Assembly: GCA_030606485.1 (NCBI GenBank)
Contig: JAUWGH010000001.1
Span: 180,001-212,000, forward strand
DNA from: Promethearchaeota archaeon
Lineage (GTDB): Archaea > Asgardarchaeota > Lokiarchaeia > Sigyniarchaeales > SOKP01
DNA length: 32,000 nt
Direction of reading: 5' to 3'
Position 1 is the first letter of the stretch, and each line of letters begins with the position of its first letter. Shown piece by piece: positions 8,174-16,887 of the stretch. The notes beneath the pieces were generated by a model. The model made no database searches. It was not told the origin of the DNA and saw nothing but the letters and a program-made list of their open reading frames with translations. Position numbers and translations under genes: made by a program.

Positions 8174-8183
8174 AAAAAAAAAA
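8174..8183 (-). terminator. Oligo(T) terminator candidate for the sulfatase gene
   Basis: 10 A on the + strand (U-tract on the - strand) just downstream of the stop at 8195. Confidence 0.4.
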
Positions 8184-8194
8184 ATACATTAACT

Positions 8195-9730
8195 TCATGT
8201 TCCTGCGACTCGTTTAGGATAATGAGTTTGAGCTTTAAGATTCTCTTGCAATAATTTATTAACCAGTTTAAATCGAATATTATTAAATTTCTCATTATAC
8301 CACAAATTATTCAATTCATCTGGATCGTTTTTTCGATCAAACAAATCTCCATGATCTTCAAAACCTTCATATATTGTTAATTTATAATCTTCAGTTACTA
8401 AGTGTCTTAATCGTGCTTCAAGAGATCCAACTTCTTCATCATTTTCGATGAAAACACAGTCTCTAACTTTTTTATTTGGATCCAATAATAATGGAGTCAT
8501 ATTAAAACCTTGCATGTCAGGAGGCTGATAGCGCTCTTTAATATGCAAGAGATTTAGAATGGTTTTAGGAATATCAATAGAACTTATTAAAGATTCACAA
8601 ACTCCCGGTTTGGTTAAACCTGGTACTTTCCATATTAGAGGAAGATGTAATACACCATTGTAAGGGCAAGGACCTTTAAATAACAAACCATGATCTCCCA
8701 TTAAATCACCGTGATCACTGCTATACATTACTATTGTATTATCTGCATAACCTAACTTCTTCAATGTAGATAATATTTCTCCTATGCTATAATCTATTAG
8801 TGCAACAGATCCGTATGTTAAGGCTATAAATTTTCGTGTCTCCTCTTCATTAGTTTCTCGCAAGAACGCTCTAAAAAATGGTGGATTTTTTAAAAGAGGT
8901 CCCAAAAATTTATGGCTATATAAGTTTTTTGCATCGTTAAAATTCGGAGGAAGTTCAATTTCTTCTGGTTTGTACATATCATAATATTTTCCTGGAGGGC
9001 ATAGAGGATAGTGAGGATCTAAAAAAGAACAATGCAAATAGAAGGGTTTATCTCCATAATCTCCCCGGGCATGTCGTTCAAGGAAGGCAATAGTACGTTC
9101 TTTAATATATGTTGTACTATAAAGTTCTTCAGGAAAACCCTTATCACACCATAATGAGAAGTAATTGTCGATTCTCCTCCATTTCTTTTTTACGAATTCG
9201 GCGTGTTTCGGTGATTTTTTTTCCAACCAATCTAAATAATGTCCAACGCATATAGTACCATTACCCGTTGCGAATTCTACCTCTTGAAATCCATAATATG
9301 GGAGTGGAAAATTCTCTTTTACAAGATTATTACCAGCTTCCTCTGCTAACCAGTCGCCCCAACATTCTGCAGATTTTGTTTTCCTTCGATATGGTGGTGA
9401 CATAAATTGAAAATGTGTTTTTCCCATAACCGCTGTACACCAGCCTCTTTTCATTAATGTTTGAGCAATATTTGGAAGATCTTCCCGTAGATTAATCCCA
9501 TTACTCCTTACACCATGCATATTTGGATATAATCCCGTATGTAATGTTGCTCTGTTGGGCATACAAATAGGAGCAGTGCAAAAGTAATTCGAAAACCTAA
9601 CGCCTTCTTTTGCAAACTTGTCAAGATTTGGTGTTTTTAAAATCGGATTTCCATAGCAACTTAAATGGTCTGCTCTATGAGCATCGGATATTATGAATAA
9701 TACATTCATTTCTTCACTCATTGCAATCAA
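8195..9730 (-). CDS. Formylglycine-dependent sulfatase (arylsulfatase/choline-sulfatase-like)
   Basis: N-terminal ISDAHR metal ligands, signature CMPNRATLHTG (CxPxR), GKTH, DPHYP, SDHGD and K-G motifs. Confidence 0.93.
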   Translation of the reverse strand: MIAMSEEMNVLFIISDAHRADHLSCYGNPILKTPNLDKFAKEGVRFSNYFCTAPICMPNRATLHTGLYPNMHGVRSNGINLREDLPNIAQTLMKRGWCTAVMGKTHFQFMSPPYRRKTKSAECWGDWLAEEAGNNLVKENFPLPYYGFQEVEFATGNGTICVGHYLDWLEKKSPKHAEFVKKKWRRIDNYFSLWCDKGFPEELYSTTYIKERTIAFLERHARGDYGDKPFYLHCSFLDPHYPLCPPGKYYDMYKPEEIELPPNFNDAKNLYSHKFLGPLLKNPPFFRAFLRETNEEETRKFIALTYGSVALIDYSIGEILSTLKKLGYADNTIVMYSSDHGDLMGDHGLLFKGPCPYNGVLHLPLIWKVPGLTKPGVCESLISSIDIPKTILNLLHIKERYQPPDMQGFNMTPLLLDPNKKVRDCVFIENDEEVGSLEARLRHLVTEDYKLTIYEGFEDHGDLFDRKNDPDELNNLWYNEKFNNIRFKLVNKLLQENLKAQTHYPKRVAGT

Positions 9731-10047
9731 ACCACTTTATTTTATTTATAAATAGATTCTTTATCATTGAAAAATTATTATCCTACTTAAAATTTAACAA
9801 ATAGAAATAAAAACCAATTAAATATCAGAAAATTTTATTTCTAAGACATTGATTTTTCCCGAAATTTACAAAATGCGTTATGTGAAGAATAAATTGTTCG
9901 TACTAATTTTATGAACAATGTTGTTAGTATTTATAAAATAATTTTATAATTTATGGATATAGATTTCATTTCCAATCTAAAAAAACATTCTTTTATCGGC
10001 GAATTGGTTATTATAATTCTTATTGGTTAAATATGGTAATCAGTTAT

Positions 10048-10212
10048 TTAACCTCTTACCATTTTAGTACCACACTTTGGGCAATTTTGATTCATGCACG
10101 GAACTCCTACTTGATGTGGAACCGTATGACCACAATTTGGACAGATACAAGCCCCACTAGGACCTGCAGCATAAGGTCCTCCCATTCTTCCTCTACCACC
10201 TCTACCACTCAT
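10048..10212 (-). CDS. 54-aa small protein with RGG-like N-terminus and Cys-rich double zinc-ribbon (not in the ORF track)
   Basis: Hand translation: MSGRGGRGRMGGPYAAGPSGACICPNCGHTVPHQVGVPCMNQNCPKCGTKMVRG*. AGGAGGT Shine-Dalgarno at 10219-10225, 6 nt before the ATG. A GC-rich island in AT-rich flanks. Confidence 0.88.
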   Translation of the reverse strand: MSGRGGRGRMGGPYAAGPSGACICPNCGHTVPHQVGVPCMNQNCPKCGTKMVRG

Positions 10213-10452
10213 AAAATGACCTCCTTTAACAATATTTTAAATTATTTAATTAATTTTTAATTACTTCCATATGAAATTTACATACTTAAGAACCCTTGTA
10301 TGCAATATCACAATTATTGAATATATTTTACATTAAATAATAATTTAATCTTATTATTTGGAATATAAACTCTCTAATTATAATAACAAATCAAAAGATT
10401 TACATAATCAATCCTCTATATAAACAAAAAAATCTTTAAGTTATGGCAAGAT

Positions 10453-10460
10453 TTTATATA
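10453..10460 (+). promoter_or_regulatory. Candidate TATA box for the V4R-argS-speB-dhs run
   Basis: TTTATATA about 36-43 nt upstream of the ATG at 10496 with a purine-rich stretch upstream. The AT-rich background weakens this call. Confidence 0.3.
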
Positions 10461-10495
10461 AATTTTAAATTATAATAATTACGGGTTGTGAAAAT

Positions 10496-11023
10496 ATGGA
10501 TGAAAATTTAGCAATTAATTCATTTTTAGGTTCATTGATTAATGAACTGCAATCCACCCTAGGAAAATCTACTTTGAATGCGCTTATTTATAGAATTGGC
10601 CAAAAATCCGCCGAGATTATCGCTAAAAGAATTCTTGAAAAACACAAGCAAAATGGCGGTAATTTTGAAAATATTTCAGCTGCTTTTCATTTATTTCAAA
10701 GTATGGTTTCTCAAATATTTGAAGTTGAGCAACTTAATCAAAACAACGAAGAAGACCGAACAGTAATTAAAATAAAAAATCGATGTCCTTTTCATAAACT
10801 TATTGCAGAAAGGGAAGATCTTGAATATGGTGGCACTCTTTGTCAATTTTCTAAAGCATATTTTGAACAAACATTAAAAAAACTCACAAACATAAAAGTT
10901 GAATATAAACTGAATGGTGTTAAACCCATAGAAGATTACTGCTACGTTGACTTAGTTTTTTTGAAAGATTTGAAGGAAATGGAAGCGAAATTAAAGGAAA
11001 CCAATTCCCAAAGTATAAATTAA
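10496..11023 (+). CDS. V4R / methanogen-output-domain-like protein
   Basis: Helical N-half (YRIGQKSAE), then NRCPF...LCQF...YCYV with the Cys spacing of V4R-type domains. Confidence 0.7.
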   Translation: MDENLAINSFLGSLINELQSTLGKSTLNALIYRIGQKSAEIIAKRILEKHKQNGGNFENISAAFHLFQSMVSQIFEVEQLNQNNEEDRTVIKIKNRCPFHKLIAEREDLEYGGTLCQFSKAYFEQTLKKLTNIKVEYKLNGVKPIEDYCYVDLVFLKDLKEMEAKLKETNSQSIN

Positions 11024-11047
11024 TTTTTATACTAAATTATTTATAGA

Positions 11048-12766
11048 ATGAATTATAAGAAGCAGATTGCTGTTTTATTATCTGATTTTATAAAGGAAAT
11101 TACCCCACAAGAAGTGGAAAAATTAATTGAACTTCCTCCTAAAGATATTGATTTTGATTATTCATTTCCTGTTTTTATTTTATCAAAAGAGAAAAAGAAA
11201 TCTCCTCAACAAATTGCTGTAGATTTAGAAAAAAATTTGATTAAGCCTGAATTTTTATTAAAAATTAAAGCTATTGGACCATATTTGAATTTTAATATAA
11301 ATAAAACATTTTTAGCAAAAGAAATACTAACTAATATTTTTAATAAAAGGGAAGAATTCGGACGAATTGAATCCAAGGAGATTGAGCGTCCTCTTAAAAT
11401 CGTTGTTGAGTATCCTTCCCCAAATACAAATAAACCCTTACATCTTGGAATTATTAGAAATATTTTTATTGGTCAATCAGTTTCAAACCTTCTAAGATTT
11501 ATTGGTAATGAAATTTTTGAAGTTAATTTATACAATGACAGAGGTATTCATATTTGTAAAAGTATGCTTGCATACCAAAAGTGGGGGCATAATAAAAGAC
11601 CAGAAGATGAGAATATTAAGTCTGATCATTTTGTTGGAAAGTTCTACGTTTTATTTAATGAAAAATTGCAAAATAATCCCGACTTGAATCAAGAAGCTGA
11701 GGATTTACTTCATAAATGGGAAAATAATGACCCAAATATACGTGCTATTTGGAAAATGATGAATACTTGGGCAAAAAAAGGTTTTAATGAATCATTTAGT
11801 AAATTAGATGTTAAATTTGACAAAGAATATTTTGAATCTGATATATATAAAAAAGGAAAAGAAATAATAAATACTGCAATTAATGGTGAAAATTTTGAAC
11901 AGGTTGAAGATAATGCAGTTATTGCTAGATTAGAGAAATATAATCTTCCTGATAAAGTTTTACTTCGCAGTGATGGCACATCACTTTATGTTACACAAGA
12001 TATATATTTAGCTAAAAAGAAAAAAGAAGATTTCAATTACGACAAGTCAATTTATGTTGTTGGAAATGAACAGAACACCTATTTTAAGCAATTATTTAAA
12101 ATATTAGAACTTTTAGGCTTTTCAGAGGAAATGATACATCTTAATTACGGTATGGTATATTTACCAGAAGGTAAAATGAAAAGTAGAGAAGGTCAAACTG
12201 TCGATGCAGATGAAATTATTGAGGAAGTATATAACTTAGCTAAAAAAGAAATATTAAAACGATATAATGATTTAAATGAAGAGGAAATAGAAAAGCGATC
12301 GAGGATCATAGGACAAGCTGCTTTAAGATTCTACATTTTGAAATATGATCCAAAAAAGGATTTTACCTATTACCCTGATAAAAGTATCTCATTTGAAGGT
12401 GATACAGGTCCATACATTCAATATGTTTATGCAAGAATCCAATCCATTATTAACAAAACAGAAGTTGAGATTGATCTAGATATTGATTTTTCACTCTTAA
12501 AACACAAAACCGAAAAAGAATTGATATTTAATTTATATCAATTTCCAGAAATTCTTAAAGAATCTGCAGAGTTTTATAAACCACATTTTATGTGTCAATA
12601 TCTTTTAAATCTATCTCAACACCTCAATTCTTTTTATGTTAGTTGTCAAGTCATTACTAGTGAAATTAATTTACAAAAAGCTCGATTATTATTGATTAGA
12701 TGCATTCAGATTGTAATAAAAATTGGTTTGAATCTACTTGGTATAGAAATTTTAGAACAAATGTAA
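11048..12766 (+). CDS. argS: Arginyl-tRNA synthetase
   Basis: EYPSPNTNKPLHLG, RSDGTSLYVTQDI, YVVGNEQ, GKMKSREG, FEGDTGPYIQYVYARI and the DALR anticodon domain. Confidence 0.97.
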   Translation: MNYKKQIAVLLSDFIKEITPQEVEKLIELPPKDIDFDYSFPVFILSKEKKKSPQQIAVDLEKNLIKPEFLLKIKAIGPYLNFNINKTFLAKEILTNIFNKREEFGRIESKEIERPLKIVVEYPSPNTNKPLHLGIIRNIFIGQSVSNLLRFIGNEIFEVNLYNDRGIHICKSMLAYQKWGHNKRPEDENIKSDHFVGKFYVLFNEKLQNNPDLNQEAEDLLHKWENNDPNIRAIWKMMNTWAKKGFNESFSKLDVKFDKEYFESDIYKKGKEIINTAINGENFEQVEDNAVIARLEKYNLPDKVLLRSDGTSLYVTQDIYLAKKKKEDFNYDKSIYVVGNEQNTYFKQLFKILELLGFSEEMIHLNYGMVYLPEGKMKSREGQTVDADEIIEEVYNLAKKEILKRYNDLNEEEIEKRSRIIGQAALRFYILKYDPKKDFTYYPDKSISFEGDTGPYIQYVYARIQSIINKTEVEIDLDIDFSLLKHKTEKELIFNLYQFPEILKESAEFYKPHFMCQYLLNLSQHLNSFYVSCQVITSEINLQKARLLLIRCIQIVIKIGLNLLGIEILEQM

Positions 12767-12788
12767 TTTTCTAAAGGGCGTTAGTTAA

Positions 12789-13706
12789 ATGAAATCTTTT
12801 TTTGATTTTAAAAAACAGTGTGATAAGAATACTGAATTTGTCATTTTTGGAATACCATGGGATTCTCTCAGTTCATTGGAAAATGCCGATTCATCGCTAA
12901 CTCCTAAAAAATTACGTGAAATTAGTTATGAACTTGCAAGAACTACTGAAATTGGTTTAGACATTACTGCAATTAATGCATGTGATTTGGGAGATATTGA
13001 AATTGATCCATCAGATACTGGTAAAAACATCAAAAAAATTGAAGAATTTCTCAAAAAGATTGATTATTTTAATAAAAAAGCAGTGCTGGTGATGATTGGT
13101 GGTGATCACTTTTGCACATTTCCTATAGTAAAATTTATCGGTGATATGATTGAAAAAAAAGAAGACTTTGGAGTTTTAATTTTTGATGCCCATGTAGATT
13201 TTTACAACACTTGGGAGGGAAGCAAATTTTCCCATACTACTGTCTCTCATCGATTATATGATTTAGAATATATTAATAATGAAAATTTAATCATTGTTGG
13301 AACGCGAGATATTGATAATATTGAACTTGAAAATGTAAAAAATGAAAACCTCCGTTATCTTAATGCATACAAGATGGATGAGATTGGGATCCAACAAACT
13401 ACAACTGAAATTATGCAATTTTTCAAAAAATATTCAAAAAAACCGAAATTGTATGTATCAATTGATATTGATGTTTTAGATCCCTCTATTGCTCCTGGAA
13501 CAGGTTATGCAATAGCTGGTGGTATCAGTTATAGAAATTTATGGAAAATATTAAGAAATTTAGCAAAAGAATTTGAAATAATTGGATTTGACTTAGTTGA
13601 GGTATCTCCTCGTCTTGATTTACCAAATAGAATGACCCAGATTTGTGCTGCTAAACTAATTGTTGAATTTATGAGTTTTATAAGGAATAAAAAATTATAT
13701 GAATGA
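12789..13706 (+). CDS. speB: Agmatinase / ureohydrolase family protein
   Basis: GGDH, DAHxD, SH, SIDIDVLDP..APGTG and EVSP Mn-binding motifs. Confidence 0.88.
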   Translation: MKSFFDFKKQCDKNTEFVIFGIPWDSLSSLENADSSLTPKKLREISYELARTTEIGLDITAINACDLGDIEIDPSDTGKNIKKIEEFLKKIDYFNKKAVLVMIGGDHFCTFPIVKFIGDMIEKKEDFGVLIFDAHVDFYNTWEGSKFSHTTVSHRLYDLEYINNENLIIVGTRDIDNIELENVKNENLRYLNAYKMDEIGIQQTTTEIMQFFKKYSKKPKLYVSIDIDVLDPSIAPGTGYAIAGGISYRNLWKILRNLAKEFEIIGFDLVEVSPRLDLPNRMTQICAAKLIVEFMSFIRNKKLYE

Positions 13707-14653
13707 TTATAATGAAAGAAAATGATTTAAAAAATTTTAAACCAGTAGAGCAGATTGATATATCTCAAAATGATAGTATTAATAAAATCATTAGGTCCTT
13801 AATTAATACGGGATTTAATGCGAAACGACTAGCTTTAGCGTGTGAAATTTACGAGAAGATGATAGAAGATAAAGAATGTATAAAATTTTTTGGACTTTCT
13901 GGTGCAATAGTTCCGGTTGGACTTGGAAAAATCATTCACGATTTTATAGAAGAGGGCTTTCTCGATATACTTGTGACAACCGGTGCAAATATAACTCATG
14001 ATATAGCTGAGACTCTAGGATTCCACCATCTGCAAGGCGATTTTAAATTAGAAAATATTGATGATGCAGAATTATATGATAAAAAAATCAATCGAATATA
14101 TGACGTGTTTTTACCTAATAATGCTTATGAAGGAATTGAAGATTTTATTTCAGATTTAAATATCCCTAACGATGAAATGCCGGTAAGTGAATTTTTAAAA
14201 TTTTTAGGTGAACAACTACCAAACAATCCTAATTCGATTTTAACAATTTGCGCTGAAAAAAATATTCCAATTTTCTGTCCTGCTTTTACTGATTGTGGTT
14301 TAGCACTTCAATTGGGTTTCCACAATCAAAAACTCAATTTAAATCATTTTAAAGATATGCTAAAAATGGTAGATTTAGCATGGGATGCCAAAAAAGCCGG
14401 TGTTTTTATTGTTGGTGGAGGTGTTCCGAAAAATTTTATTATGCAATCCCTCCAATTTTCTCCTAATTCTGCCTTTTACGCAATTCAAATAACAATGGAT
14501 CGACCAGAACCAGGAGGACTAAGTGGAGCAACATTAAGTGAGGCAGTTTCATGGGGAAAGGTTAATAAAGAAGCATTATACACAACTTTAATTTGTGATG
14601 CAACTATTGCTCTTCCCTTAGTTTTTTCATATTTAAAAAATTTAAAAAAATGA
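13703..14653 (+). CDS. dys: Deoxyhypusine synthase
   Basis: SGAIVPVG, VTTGANITHD, CPAFTD, VGGGVPKNF and DRPEPGGLSGATLSEAVSWGK with the catalytic Lys. ATGA overlap with the agmatinase gene. Confidence 0.93.
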   Translation: MIIMKENDLKNFKPVEQIDISQNDSINKIIRSLINTGFNAKRLALACEIYEKMIEDKECIKFFGLSGAIVPVGLGKIIHDFIEEGFLDILVTTGANITHDIAETLGFHHLQGDFKLENIDDAELYDKKINRIYDVFLPNNAYEGIEDFISDLNIPNDEMPVSEFLKFLGEQLPNNPNSILTICAEKNIPIFCPAFTDCGLALQLGFHNQKLNLNHFKDMLKMVDLAWDAKKAGVFIVGGGVPKNFIMQSLQFSPNSAFYAIQITMDRPEPGGLSGATLSEAVSWGKVNKEALYTTLICDATIALPLVFSYLKNLKK

Positions 14654-15118
14654 ACCTTTTAATCGTTGATCTACGGTTTTTCCTTCTTCTCCAAATAAAT
14701 TATCAATTTCTTTCTTGAATTCTTGAAATTCTGATACATGTGCAAGATTTTTATTTTTATACTTCTCCTTAAATAACAATAGTAGTTTTTTCAGTTCAGG
14801 AACAATTCTTTCTCTTTCTTTATCTATATGTTTTACTTTACCCATTATTATATAAGAAATAATCAATTCAGAAACACCCTCACCATCCGTAGATAAAATT
14901 TTATCTTGAGTGAATATTAATGATTTCTTTTTACCTTCTATATATTCAAGACCATGAGCAAATGCCACCTCTGAAAAGTTAATTATAGCCGTTAAAAGCC
15001 CCGATCTTAAATCTTTATCTTTTATACTCGCCCCAAAATCGTGATACTGTGAACTTACTATAGTAAAACCCCTAAATAAAATTCCACATTCGCGAATTAA
15101 AACCATATGATCTCCCAA
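14642..15118 (-). CDS. Small longin-like domain protein (Asgard type)
   Basis: N-terminal strands followed by DLRSGLLTAIINFSEVAF, then LEYIEG and further strands: the longin alpha1/beta pattern. Likely ATG start at 15106. Confidence 0.6.
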   Translation of the reverse strand: MGDHMVLIRECGILFRGFTIVSSQYHDFGASIKDKDLRSGLLTAIINFSEVAFAHGLEYIEGKKKSLIFTQDKILSTDGEGVSELIISYIIMGKVKHIDKERERIVPELKKLLLLFKEKYKNKNLAHVSEFQEFKKEIDNLFGEEGKTVDQRLKGSFF

Positions 15119-15337
15119 ATATAAATTCTTAAAAATTCGCAGTATCTATATAAATAAATCTCTTTTCAAATATTTTAACTTTTGTTAAGCATTTGTAAAT
15201 GTTGATGATTAAGTTTTAATATTTTTATAGTCATTTCTTTCAAAAAAACATAGAAAAGATTCAAAAATTGTTAATAATTTTTGTACTACTGTTTTAGCCC
15301 TTTATAAAGTCGTTTATTAAAGATTTTAGTAAGGGTA

Positions 15338-16012
15338 TTATAATATTTTCTGCCCTATTATCTGATATTTAAATTTGTTTTTTATTATATCGACTTGAAA
15401 GCCAATTTCTTCCATAAAATCTTTTATCTTTTGTGGATTTTGCCACTTAGATTTACTTTTAAAATGTTCTTTTGCCGATCTTAAACCAGCCAATAATATC
15501 ATTATTAAGTAGCGCCATTTCATTTTCCATTTTGGATATTCTCCATTAAAATCATTAATTATTACGAAACCTTCTTTTTTTAAAATTCTAAATATCTCAT
15601 TTAGACCTTTTTCAATATTCTTCCATTCAGAAAGGCTACTCTGACAAATTGCTACATCAATCTCCCCATCAAGTAAGGAAATTTCTTCGGCATATTCAAT
15701 TTTTAAATCTATTTCCCTGATATTATTTTCCATTGCTTTTTTTTGTGCTATTTCAATCATCTTTTTCGAAGGATCTATACCAATAACTTTAATTTCTTGA
15801 TTTATCTTTTTAATCTCAAATAATAAGAAACCTGGACCACAACCAATATCTATTATCTTAATTTCTTTCTCAAATTCATTTTTTCTAATTAGTTTGATAA
15901 TTTCTTTAGCTAACGGTCTATAAACATATTTTGATGCTTTTTCCAACTTTTTAACATAAAGTTTTACAGCTTTATCATTGTCAAGCCAATTTTTTTGCTC
16001 TGAATTTTTCAT
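15338..16012 (-). CDS. Class I SAM-dependent methyltransferase
   Basis: IIDIGCGPG motif I, IGIDPS, and LKKEGFVIIND motif. Confidence 0.92.
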   Translation of the reverse strand: MKNSEQKNWLDNDKAVKLYVKKLEKASKYVYRPLAKEIIKLIRKNEFEKEIKIIDIGCGPGFLLFEIKKINQEIKVIGIDPSKKMIEIAQKKAMENNIREIDLKIEYAEEISLLDGEIDVAICQSSLSEWKNIEKGLNEIFRILKKEGFVIINDFNGEYPKWKMKWRYLIMILLAGLRSAKEHFKSKSKWQNPQKIKDFMEEIGFQVDIIKNKFKYQIIGQKIL

Positions 16013-16223
16013 TTTTTTATCTAAAAATCTATTATTATTTGACTAACATTTAAAAATTTATTTTATAGCTAACCATTAGTTTTTTATATTTAACAAACGA
16101 TAATATTTTTCTTAATTAACTTTAATTTTTCTCTCTAATAACATAATTGGACAATGAACCATAATATAATTCACTGCCTACAATAAGATTTTTTAATCTA
16201 CTATTTTTCTCATTAAATTGGTT

Positions 16224-16691
16224 TTAGAGATTTATCTCGAGCAATTTACCACACGATTTACAATGCTTCCAAGTTCTACTAATTGAGGCTCCACAATATG
16301 GACAAAACCATCCTTCTCTAATTTCTATATTGTTTTGATGTGATGGGGTTTGCTCATATGGAAGACGTGGTATTCCCTCACCTTTTTTAGGGCCAAAAGG
16401 TTCATATTCTTTATTTGGTTCCTCTGTGCATTTAGAATGGCATTTAGGGCAATAAATCTTTGGTATAAAGCCGTAATATAAGAGGTACGGATTTATAATC
16501 ATAAATAAATATAAAAAGAACATGAGATTGAAAAACCACGATAAAATCAATAGAATCGTAAGAATTGTAATAATTATAAATATTATTACAGCAAAAATTC
16601 CAAATACTTTTGTATTAAATTCCGACCTTGTTGGAAAACAATTCATACGACAATTATTACAGAATCTCATTTTATTAATATCTTGAGGCAA
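16224..16691 (-). CDS. Membrane protein with CxxC-hydrophobic hairpin-CxxC and a C-terminal double zinc ribbon
   Basis: CNNC, a ~45-aa hydrophobic stretch, CPKC, then CPYCG...CKSCG. TTG start with AGGGAG upstream. Confidence 0.75.
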   Translation of the reverse strand: MPQDINKMRFCNNCRMNCFPTRSEFNTKVFGIFAVIIFIIITILTILLILSWFFNLMFFLYLFMIINPYLLYYGFIPKIYCPKCHSKCTEEPNKEYEPFGPKKGEGIPRLPYEQTPSHQNNIEIREGWFCPYCGASISRTWKHCKSCGKLLEINL

Positions 16692-16748
16692 TAAGTAATC
16701 AAGCTCCCTTTCTTTGACTATAAATTATTTATATTTTAATATAGATAA

Positions 16749-16887
16749 AGACTATTAAAACTTATCAAAGGAGATAAATCTTATTTCAAATAATATTATC
16801 AACTATATTTTGATTAATTATTTGCGGTATTAGTCCTAATACCTCTATCCCATCAACCGAAATGGAATTTGGGAATGCTTTTTTCAT
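16749..16887 (-). ncRNA. Putative cognate omegaRNA overlapping the tnpB 3' end
   Basis: Established TnpB locus architecture. The stem TTATC-6nt-GATAA (16762-16777) sits in the same register as the stem in the 7770 copy. Confidence 0.55.

Noticed and set aside
8545-8554. 10-nt match (GCAAGAGATT) between the putative guide flank at 7760-7769 and the sulfatase gene
   Set aside because: The match stops after 10 nt, depends on the exact scaffold boundary, and was found post hoc. A 10-mer like this can plausibly occur by chance in AT-rich DNA. Revisit only if the TAM turns out to resemble TTCTA.
10033-10260. + strand 75-aa ORF from the track
   Set aside because: It is the antisense shadow of the 54-aa - strand gene, which has a Shine-Dalgarno site and a coherent Cys pattern.
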